The notes beneath the pieces were generated by a model that worked only from the letters and a program-made list of their open reading frames with translations, searched no databases and was not told where the DNA came from. Shown one piece after another: positions 17,447 to 24,856 of a stretch of 42,820 bases of DNA (position 1 is its first letter; each line of letters starts with the position of its first letter). The position numbers were made by a program, and so were the translations under genes. Source of the DNA: Clostridia bacterium (GTDB lineage: Bacteria > Bacillota > Clostridia > Oscillospirales > Acutalibacteraceae); assembly GCA_017631355.1 (NCBI GenBank), contig JAGBTL010000210.1:1-42820 (forward strand). The letters run 5' to 3'.

Positions 17447-19882
17447 ATGACAGAAAACATCTATAAGCCCGAAGCTTTACCTGTCCTTGCGCTTCGCAAT
17501 CTTGTTATTTTCCCCGGACAGACAATAAGCTTTGAGGTTGGCAGAATCAAGTCTATAAGAGCAATCCGATCTGCAGTTGATAGCGAAAGCAGAAAGATTT
17601 TTCTTGTTTCGCAAAGGGATGCTCTTATTGAGGATCCCAAGTTTTCCGACTTGGGCGATATTGGTGTTGTCGCAGAAATAAAGCAGCTTTCAGGCTCCTC
17701 TGACAGCAATAATTTTGAAATTGTTGTTGAGGGTCTTTACAGGGCTTGTGTTGCCGAGGTCAGCCGTGAAAAAATCTCGTTGAGAGCGGTTGTTCAGCGT
17801 GTTCCTGAAATCCATCCCGAGCAGGATAACCCATTTGCAGAGGCTACACTCCGTGCCCTTAAAACTAATTTTGATAATTATCTTGCGGTCAATCCTCGTA
17901 TTGCACCTGAAATTTTTCTTGCAATACTTGAGGAGAAAAGCCTTCGCACCGCAACTGACAATATAGCAGGCCACTTCCATTTTCCAATTGCAGATAAGCA
18001 GGCAATGCTTGAGGAGCTTGACGTTCTTACGCGTGCAGAAATGCTTTGCAAAATTCTTGTCCGCGAAACAGAAATTCTTGGCATTGAGCTTGAAATTCAG
18101 GACAAGGTTCAGGAGCGAATGGACAAAAATCAGCGCGAATACTATCTCCGTGAGCAGATAAAGGTTGCTTCAACCGAGCTTGGTGAGGATGATTCTCCTG
18201 TTGCCGAGGCACAGAAGTACAAGGATAGAGTTTCTGCACTTCCTATTGAAGAAAAGTCAAAGAAAAGACTTTTTGAAGAGTGCGACAGGCTTGTTAAAAC
18301 CACTCCCGGCTCACCTGAGGCAAACGTATCACGTACATATCTTGAGCGTGTTACAAGCCTTCCTTGGGGCGTTTTCACAGAGGATTCCTTGGACGTTGCA
18401 GCAGCGCGTAAAATCCTTGATAAGGAGCATTACGGCCTTGAGGACGTTAAGGAGCGAATCCTTGAGCTTATTGCAGTTAAGCGCCTTGCACCCGATGTGA
18501 ATGCGCAGATTTTGTGCCTTGTTGGCCCACCCGGTGTGGGTAAAACCTCTGTTGCAAGGTCACTTGCAAAGGCAATGGGCAGAAAGTACGTCCGCATTTC
18601 ACTTGGTGGTGTTCACGATGAGGCTGAAATTCGCGGTCACCGCAAAACATATATCGGTTCAATGCCCGGTAGAATCATTGCTGCTATTGAACAGGCTGAA
18701 ACACAGAACCCGCTTATCCTTCTTGATGAAATTGATAAGCTTGGCAGCGACTATAAGGGTGATCCATCATCTGCACTCCTTGAGGTGCTTGACGGTGAGC
18801 AGAACAGCACCTTTACCGACCACTACATAGACGTGCCCTTTGATTTGAGCAAGGCACTCTTTATTACAACCGCTAACGATGCCTCCCGTATTCCCGGTCC
18901 GCTTTTTGACCGTATGGAGATAATTGAGCTTTACAGCTACACAGCAGAGGATAAGTTCAGCATTGCCAAAAAGCACCTTGTTCCCCGTCAGGTGAAGAAT
19001 TATGGTATGAACACCAAAATGATTCGCTTTACAGATGGTGCGCTCCGCGAGATTATAAGCAGCTACACTAAGGAGGCAGGTGTTCGTACACTTGACCGCG
19101 TTATCTGTAAGATTATCCGCAAGGTAGCAGTTAAATTTGCCGACGGATTTGAGGGTAAGGTTACCGTTGACCCCGCATCACTTGAGGAATATCTTGGCGC
19201 TCCCAAGTATAAAGCATCAAAGCTTGATTTTGATGATATGGTTGGAGCTGCAAATGGTCTTGCATGGACCTCAGTGGGTGGCGAAATGATGCAGATTGAG
19301 GTTGCCGTTCTTGAAGGTACAGGCAAGCTTGAGCTTACAGGCTCATTGGGTGACGTTATGAAGGAGTCTGCAAGGGCGGCTCTTACGTATATCCGCAGCA
19401 GGGCAGAGGAGCTTTCAATTGATCCCGATTTCTATAAGAATAAGGATATTCACATTCACGTTCCCGAGGGTGCCGTTCCCAAGGATGGTCCTTCAGCAGG
19501 TGTTACAATGACAACTGCCCTTTGCTCAGCGCTTACAGGCAGAGCAGTTGTTAAAACAGTTGCAATGACAGGTGAAATCACCTTAAGGGGCAGGGTTTTA
19601 CCCATTGGCGGTCTTCGCGAGAAATCAACTGCAGCGTTTAAGAATGGTATGAAAACAGTCCTTATCCCTGAGGAAAATCGCGCAGACCTTGATAAGGTTA
19701 ACGAAAGCATAAAAAAGTCAATTGAGTTTATTCCTGTTTCTACACTTGATGAGGTTCTCAGCGTTGCGCTTGAGCCTGTTAAGGGAACACAGGGCAAGAA
19801 AAGCACAGAGCGTAAAAGTAAATCAATGAGCACAACCGATACCCATAAGGGTACAAACGGTGTTTATTGTCACGAGGTATAA
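17447..19882 (+). CDS. lon: Lon protease (LonA)
   Basis: N-terminal LON domain, Walker A GPPGVGKTS, Walker B LILLDEIDK and the catalytic Ser motif PKDGPSAGVTM, with the downstream K in MTGEITLRGRVLPIGGLREK. Confidence 0.95.
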   Translation: MTENIYKPEALPVLALRNLVIFPGQTISFEVGRIKSIRAIRSAVDSESRKIFLVSQRDALIEDPKFSDLGDIGVVAEIKQLSGSSDSNNFEIVVEGLYRACVAEVSREKISLRAVVQRVPEIHPEQDNPFAEATLRALKTNFDNYLAVNPRIAPEIFLAILEEKSLRTATDNIAGHFHFPIADKQAMLEELDVLTRAEMLCKILVRETEILGIELEIQDKVQERMDKNQREYYLREQIKVASTELGEDDSPVAEAQKYKDRVSALPIEEKSKKRLFEECDRLVKTTPGSPEANVSRTYLERVTSLPWGVFTEDSLDVAAARKILDKEHYGLEDVKERILELIAVKRLAPDVNAQILCLVGPPGVGKTSVARSLAKAMGRKYVRISLGGVHDEAEIRGHRKTYIGSMPGRIIAAIEQAETQNPLILLDEIDKLGSDYKGDPSSALLEVLDGEQNSTFTDHYIDVPFDLSKALFITTANDASRIPGPLFDRMEIIELYSYTAEDKFSIAKKHLVPRQVKNYGMNTKMIRFTDGALREIISSYTKEAGVRTLDRVICKIIRKVAVKFADGFEGKVTVDPASLEEYLGAPKYKASKLDFDDMVGAANGLAWTSVGGEMMQIEVAVLEGTGKLELTGSLGDVMKESARAALTYIRSRAEELSIDPDFYKNKDIHIHVPEGAVPKDGPSAGVTMTTALCSALTGRAVVKTVAMTGEITLRGRVLPIGGLREKSTAAFKNGMKTVLIPEENRADLDKVNESIKKSIEFIPVSTLDEVLSVALEPVKGTQGKKSTERKSKSMSTTDTHKGTNGVYCHEV

Positions 19883-19883
19883 T

Positions 19884-20474
19884 ATGAATTATAATAAAGT
19901 TGAGTTTGAGGCCGCTTTTGGTACTTTAAAGCAGATACCGCCATCTGATATGCCTGAAATCGTTTTTGCAGGCCGTTCAAACGTTGGTAAATCATCAATG
20001 CTTAACCGCATTTTTAATCGAAAAAACCTTGCACGTGTTTCATCAATGCCGGGCAAAACAATTACAATCAACTTCTTTAAGGTTGAAAACATCCGCATTG
20101 TTGACCTTCCCGGCTACGGCTATGCCAAGGTTGCCAAGGGCGAAAAGCGTCGTTGGGCTGAAATGATGGAGGGCTACTTCCAGTCACCGCGTAACATAAA
20201 GCTTGTTGTTCAGCTTGTTGATATGCGCCACAAGCCCTCTGAGGATGACTATATTATGATGCGCTTCTTAAAGGAAGCAGGTCTTCCATTTATTGTTGCC
20301 GCAACCAAGATCGATAAGCTTAATAAAACACAGTATAAGGAGCGCGTTGAGGGACTTAAAGCCGAGCTTGCCGAGTTTGGCGAGGACCTTGTTATCGTAC
20401 CCTTCTCATCTGAAAAGGGTGAGGGCACAGACGTCCTTAAATCATATATTGAGGCTATAGCGGAAGAAAACTAA
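19884..20474 (+). CDS. engB: Ribosome biogenesis GTP-binding protein YsxC/EngB
   Basis: G1 GRSNVGKSS, G3 DLPGYGY and G4 TKIDK. The position directly after lon is the conserved one. ATG 19884 lies 1 nt after the lon stop, so the track start at 19860 is inside lon. Confidence 0.9.
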   Translation: MNYNKVEFEAAFGTLKQIPPSDMPEIVFAGRSNVGKSSMLNRIFNRKNLARVSSMPGKTITINFFKVENIRIVDLPGYGYAKVAKGEKRRWAEMMEGYFQSPRNIKLVVQLVDMRHKPSEDDYIMMRFLKEAGLPFIVAATKIDKLNKTQYKERVEGLKAELAEFGEDLVIVPFSSEKGEGTDVLKSYIEAIAEEN

Positions 20475-20497
20475 TTCAATTAAAAGAGGGTGCTTTT

Positions 20498-21373
20498 ATG
20501 AAGCTGACCGATATTCTAAATAATGGCAAATTGTCCTTAAGCTTTGAGGTTTTTCCACCAAAGACAGATACAGGCTTTAACAGTGTTAAAACTGCAACTG
20601 AGGAAATTGCAAGGCTTAATCCGTCCTTTATGAGCGTTACCTATGGCGCAGGCGGTGGCACAAGTCAATACACGCTTGATATTGCAAAACACATCAAGGA
20701 GCAGTACAACGTGCCAATGGTTGCGCACCTTACATGTGTATCCTCCACAAGGGAAACTGTTGCTGAGAGAATTGAAGCAATGAAAAAGGCGGGCATTCAG
20801 AATGTGCTTGCCCTCAGAGGTGACCTTACACCCGAGCTTGAAAATGGTGACCGCAGCAAGTGGGCATACCGCCACGCTGTTGACCTTATCCACGACATAA
20901 AGGACAGCGGAGCGGATTTCTGTATCGGTGGTGCATGCTATCCTGAAATTCATCCCGAAAGCAATAATCAGAATGAGGATATAAAATACCTTAAGGAAAA
21001 GGTGGATGCAGGCTGCTCGTTCCTTACAACACAGATGTTTTTTGATAACAATCTGCTCTATAATTTCCTTTACAAAATTCGTGAGGCAGGCATCACTGTG
21101 CCTGTTATACCGGGTATTATGCCCATTACAAATGCGAATCAGGTTGAACGCGCAATGAAGCTTTCAGGCTCGTTTATGCCGCAACGCTTCAAAAGCCTTG
21201 TGGATAAATTCGGCTATTCGCCCGAGGCAATGAAGCAGGCAGGTATTGCTTATGCTACCGACCAGATAATTGATTTGTTTGCAAACGGCATTACAAACGT
21301 GCACGTTTATTCAATGAACAAGCCTGATATTGCAGCAAAAATCCAATCAAATATTTCCGATATTCTTGGGTGA
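20498..21373 (+). CDS. metF: 5,10-methylenetetrahydrofolate reductase
   Basis: SFEVFPPKT, SVTYGAGG, HLTC, LALRGD and the TQMFFD block are typical of MetF. Confidence 0.9.
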   Translation: MKLTDILNNGKLSLSFEVFPPKTDTGFNSVKTATEEIARLNPSFMSVTYGAGGGTSQYTLDIAKHIKEQYNVPMVAHLTCVSSTRETVAERIEAMKKAGIQNVLALRGDLTPELENGDRSKWAYRHAVDLIHDIKDSGADFCIGGACYPEIHPESNNQNEDIKYLKEKVDAGCSFLTTQMFFDNNLLYNFLYKIREAGITVPVIPGIMPITNANQVERAMKLSGSFMPQRFKSLVDKFGYSPEAMKQAGIAYATDQIIDLFANGITNVHVYSMNKPDIAAKIQSNISDILG

Positions 21374-21378
21374 TTAAA

Positions 21379-23790
21379 ATGAATCTTCGTGAATACATAA
21401 AGGATAATTTAATAATTCTTGACGGTGGCACAGGCACCATTCTTCAGGCAAAGGGACTTAAATCAGGCGAGCTTCCCGAAAGATGGAACGTTACCCACCC
21501 TGACGAGATAATTGAGCTTCACAAGGCATATTATGATGCAGGCAGTAACGTGGTAAATGCCAACACCTTTGGCGCAAATATCCTTAAGTTCAGCAAAGCG
21601 GAGCTTGAGGAAATTGTTGCCGCTGCAATGAATAATCTTAAAGCGGCTCGTGAAAAGAGCACAGGCACACAGCCTAAGTGGATAGGCTTTGATATTGGTC
21701 CCACGGGTAAAATGCTAAAGCCCTACGGTGACCTTGATTTTGAGGATGCTGTCAGCATATTTGCCGAAAGCGTAAGGCTTGGCGTTAAATACGGTGCGGA
21801 GCTTTTCTTCATTGAAACAATGAATGATAGCCTTGAAACAAAGGCGGCACTCCTTGCTGTTAAGGAAAATTCTGATTTACCTGTGTTTGTGTCAAATGCC
21901 TACGGTGAGGACGGTAAGCTTATGACAGGTGCCGACCCTGCCGCAATGGTAGCCCTTCTTGAGGGTATGGGCGCAGATGCTATTGGTGTGAACTGTTCTT
22001 TAGGTCCCAAGGCACTTGCACCTATTGTTGAAAGCTACCTTCAGCTTTCATCAACACCCGTAATGCTCAAGCCTAATGCAGGACTACCCAAGGTGGTTGA
22101 CGGCAAAACTGTGTTTGACGTTTTACCCGAGGAGTTTTCCGAGGAGGTATATAGCCTTGTGCTTAAGGGCGTAAGGGCAGTAGGTGGCTGTTGCGGTACA
22201 ACTCCCGACTATATAAAGGCGGTAAAAAACAAGGTTGACGGCATGGCCGTTCAACCCATAACAGATAAAAACATCACCTGTGTTTCCTCATACTCACATA
22301 GTGTTTGCTTCTGTGATAAGCCGGTTTTAATTGGTGAACGAATCAATCCCACAGGCAAAAAGAAGTTTAAGGAAGCACTCAAAAATAATGATATTGATTA
22401 TATTTTAAAAGAGGGTATTGCACAGCAGGAAAAGGGCGTGCATATTCTTGACGTAAACGTAGGTCTGCCTGAAATTGATGAAATCGCAATGCTCACCACC
22501 GCGGTTTGTGAGCTGCAGGCGGTTACGGACCTTCCCTTGCAGATAGATACCTCTGATCCCCTTGCAATGGAAAAGGCTCTTCGCCGATATAACGGCAAGG
22601 CGATGCTTAACTCTGTCAATGGTAAAGAGGAGTCAATGAGGGCGGTTTTCCCCCTTGCTAAAAAGTACGGTGGCCTTGTGGTTGCGCTTACCCTTGATGA
22701 AAACGGAATCCCCGAAACAGCCGAGGGCAGGGTAGCTATTGCAAGGAAAATCCTTGATACAGCCAATGAATACGGCATCAGTAAAAAGGATATTATCTTT
22801 GATCCGCTTGCACTCACCATAAGTGCAGATAAAAATGCAGGTAGGGAAACCCTTAAGGCGGTTAGCATTATTAAAAATGAATTGGGCTGCCATACCTCAC
22901 TTGGTGTTTCAAACGTTTCCTTTGGGCTTCCCAACCGTGAAATTATCAACAGTAATTTCTTCACTCTTGCTTTGTGGCAGGGCCTTTCAGGGGCAATTAT
23001 GAACCCTTATTCTGACGAAATGCTCAAGTCCTATTATGCCTATTGCGCGTTGAATGGTCTTGATGATAACTGTGCAGAATACGTTTCATTTACCGAAACA
23101 CTTCCGCAGACGGTTACAACCGCACAGGCTGTGACACTTGCTCCAAAGGAGGAATCTGCAACAGGGCTCAAGAGAGCCGTTATAAAGGGGCTTAAGGAGC
23201 AGGCGGCAGTATTGACAGATGAACTGTTACAAAGCCGTGAGCCTCTTGATATCGTCCGTAATGAGATAATTCCCGCACTTGATGAGGTGGGTATAGGTTT
23301 TGAAAATAAAACAGTATATCTTCCTCAGCTTCTTATGAGTGCTGAGGCTGCAAAAAGCTCCTTTGAGTGCATTAAAAAAGCCGTTGGCACAAACAAGCCT
23401 GCAGATAAATGCAGCTTTGTTATAGCAACGGTTAAGGGGGATATTCACGATATCGGCAAAAATATCGTTAAATTACTTCTTGAAAATTACGGCTTTGATG
23501 TCCACGATTTGGGTAAGGATGTTTCACCCGAGGCGGTTGTTGAAAAGGTTTGCGAGCTTAAGGCTCCCTTGGTAGGCTTAAGCGCACTTATGACAACAAC
23601 AGTCCCCGCTATGGAGGAAACCATCAAGCAGCTTCGTGTGAAAGCACCGTGGTGCAAGGTGGTTGTTGGTGGCGCAGTCCTTACACAGGAATATGCCGAC
23701 TCCATCGGTGCCGACAAATACGCCAAGGACGCTATGGAAACTGTAAGATACGCGGAAATGCAAAATGCAGAATGCAAAATGCAGAATTAA
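21379..23790 (+). CDS. metH: Cobalamin-dependent methionine synthase, short form (Hcy-binding + pterin-binding + B12-binding; no AdoMet reactivation domain)
   Basis: Hcy S-methyltransferase N-domain (ILDGGTGT ... GGCCGTTP), pterin-binding domain (ILDVNVG ... NSV ... GVSNVSFGLP) and the B12 motif GDIHDIGKN (DxHxxG) with ALMTTT. The 806 aa length leaves no room for the ~300-aa activation domain. The start is either GTG 21370 (overlapping the metF stop) or ATG 21379. The last 11 codons lie in a heptamer repeat. Confidence 0.9.
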   Translation: MNLREYIKDNLIILDGGTGTILQAKGLKSGELPERWNVTHPDEIIELHKAYYDAGSNVVNANTFGANILKFSKAELEEIVAAAMNNLKAAREKSTGTQPKWIGFDIGPTGKMLKPYGDLDFEDAVSIFAESVRLGVKYGAELFFIETMNDSLETKAALLAVKENSDLPVFVSNAYGEDGKLMTGADPAAMVALLEGMGADAIGVNCSLGPKALAPIVESYLQLSSTPVMLKPNAGLPKVVDGKTVFDVLPEEFSEEVYSLVLKGVRAVGGCCGTTPDYIKAVKNKVDGMAVQPITDKNITCVSSYSHSVCFCDKPVLIGERINPTGKKKFKEALKNNDIDYILKEGIAQQEKGVHILDVNVGLPEIDEIAMLTTAVCELQAVTDLPLQIDTSDPLAMEKALRRYNGKAMLNSVNGKEESMRAVFPLAKKYGGLVVALTLDENGIPETAEGRVAIARKILDTANEYGISKKDIIFDPLALTISADKNAGRETLKAVSIIKNELGCHTSLGVSNVSFGLPNREIINSNFFTLALWQGLSGAIMNPYSDEMLKSYYAYCALNGLDDNCAEYVSFTETLPQTVTTAQAVTLAPKEESATGLKRAVIKGLKEQAAVLTDELLQSREPLDIVRNEIIPALDEVGIGFENKTVYLPQLLMSAEAAKSSFECIKKAVGTNKPADKCSFVIATVKGDIHDIGKNIVKLLLENYGFDVHDLGKDVSPEAVVEKVCELKAPLVGLSALMTTTVPAMEETIKQLRVKAPWCKVVVGGAVLTQEYADSIGADKYAKDAMETVRYAEMQNAECKMQN
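23755..23788 (+). repeat. Heptanucleotide tandem repeat (AATGCAA AATGCAG)x2 forming the last codons of metH
   Basis: Read directly from the sequence. It encodes ...EMQNAECKMQN and runs into the TAA stop (23788-23790). It is followed by the palindrome GCGCaaGCGC and GAATTATAAT. Confidence 0.7.
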
Positions 23791-24060
23791 AGGGCGCAAG
23801 CGCGAATTATAATGCTGTAAAAATTTGTAGTTATGCGAAGCCTTACCTCCCTATCCCAAGGGGGCAAGGAACACGACCGCGCCCTGTGGGCGATGCAGGG
23901 AGTGTGAGTTGGCGTAGTGGTCAAAGAAATCAAGCAAGCGAACAGCGCGATGATTTCTTTGGGTACCACAAGAGGGCCATGACCAAAAGCTCCGCTTTTG
24001 GTGGTGGGTAGTTCCACTAAGTGTTTGCCTTTGGTTGGATAGAAAAGAGATAAAGCTAAT
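23791..24060 (+). other. Orphan GC-rich, hairpin-dense non-coding region (long metH 3' UTR or unannotated structured RNA)
   Basis: I find no credible ORF. Stems seen include the perfect 10-bp AAAGAAATCA (23923-23932) / TGATTTCTTT (23951-23960), CCAAAAGC/GCTTTTGG (~23982-24000), CCTTACCTCCC/GGGGGCAAGG (~23841-23869) and CGCCC/GGGCG (~23880-23892). The region is bounded downstream by the strong terminator at 24062-24098. Confidence 0.3.
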
Positions 24061-24061
24061 A

Positions 24062-24098
24062 AAAAAAGGTTGCAGAATCATCATCTGCAACCTTTTTT
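24062..24098. terminator. Bidirectional intrinsic terminator (metH unit on + strand, orphan membrane gene on - strand)
   Basis: AAAAAAGGTTGCAGA (24062-24076), loop atcatca, then TCTGCAACCTTTTTT (24084-24098). This is a 15-bp perfect stem with an A-run on one side and a T-run on the other. Confidence 0.85.
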
Positions 24099-24711
24099 AT
24101 ATACTGTTATTTAGGTTAAGGATTTTCAAAACTGTCTTTTTGTCGTAGTCGTATTGTTTCACAGGTTCCACACAGACTAAAACTTTGCTATGCCTCAAAT
24201 AAGTTATTCGTAAAGGGGTTTGACTTTTGCCGTTTTCACTCCAATCGTCAAAAATGCAACTTTTTTTGTGTGACATAATTGTTCTCACGTAAAACGTTGT
24301 GCCATCTTCGCTGTTGAAAAACAGTTTAAATTTTCCAACACCCATATCTTTCGGGAAGAAATTTCCGATTCTGCTTGTAAAGTTCCTGCCTGTAATTGAA
24401 AACTCGTGTTTATGGTTTTTTACATAAACTGTTTCGGTTATAGTATTTTTAGTCCTTGTATCAATTATAAGTTTAATAACCGTCAGATATTCAAAAGGTA
24501 TCTCAATAGCATAGAATATAATCAATGGTACATAGAACAGCATTTTTGCTTTTAAGGCATCTTCGGGTGCTACGTCGGGTACAAGTCCTAAATGTATCAA
24601 GAGAAAGTAAGCCCCAAATATGCAGAATTCAAAAGCTAAACTAACAAGGACTTCCATATAGTACCCATCTTTTGCTGCTAGAAAATATTTAGTGTTGAAT
24701 TGATTCTTCAT
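24097..24711 (-). CDS. Hypothetical membrane protein (two predicted TM helices + ~130-aa C-terminal domain), visibly AT-richer than its neighbours
   Basis: Start moved to ATG 24711 (MKNQFNTKYF), behind GAGGA. TM segments are VLVSLAFEFCIFGAYFLLIHLGLV and MLFYVPLIIFYAIEIPF. I recognise no family. The stop abuts a strong bidirectional terminator. Confidence 0.6.
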   Translation of the reverse strand: MKNQFNTKYFLAAKDGYYMEVLVSLAFEFCIFGAYFLLIHLGLVPDVAPEDALKAKMLFYVPLIIFYAIEIPFEYLTVIKLIIDTRTKNTITETVYVKNHKHEFSITGRNFTSRIGNFFPKDMGVGKFKLFFNSEDGTTFYVRTIMSHKKSCIFDDWSENGKSQTPLRITYLRHSKVLVCVEPVKQYDYDKKTVLKILNLNNSI

Positions 24712-24856
24712 TATATTATCCTCGTTTATAAATACCTGCACGCAGTGCCCAAAATTTGCCATTTCCGATTGCACTTTGCCATTATACCTCTTCGTACAAA
24801 ATCAATTCCGACTCCATAGCCGAGCCTAAATAAACCTCAATGCCTTTACTTAATTC

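Noticed and set aside
23897-23965. tRNA-like, THF, cobalamin or SAM riboswitch in the orphan region. Examples are GGCGTAGTGGTC as a D-loop and AAGCGAACAGCGCGATGA, which resembles a THF-riboswitch segment.
   Set aside because: There is no T-loop (GGTTCGAATCC-like), acceptor stem or CCA context. The THF-like string sits in a simple hairpin loop without the three-way junction partners. No B12 box or S-box core is present. The region is also downstream, not upstream, of any gene it could regulate.
23649-24011. 120-aa ORF spanning the metH end and the orphan region, plus minus-strand ORFs 23787..24017 and 23851..24090.
   Set aside because: No SD, no recognisable domain, and Gly/Arg/Pro-rich composition consistent with chance open frames in GC-rich structured DNA. 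I treat the region as non-coding, and note the frame only in connection with heptamer slippage.
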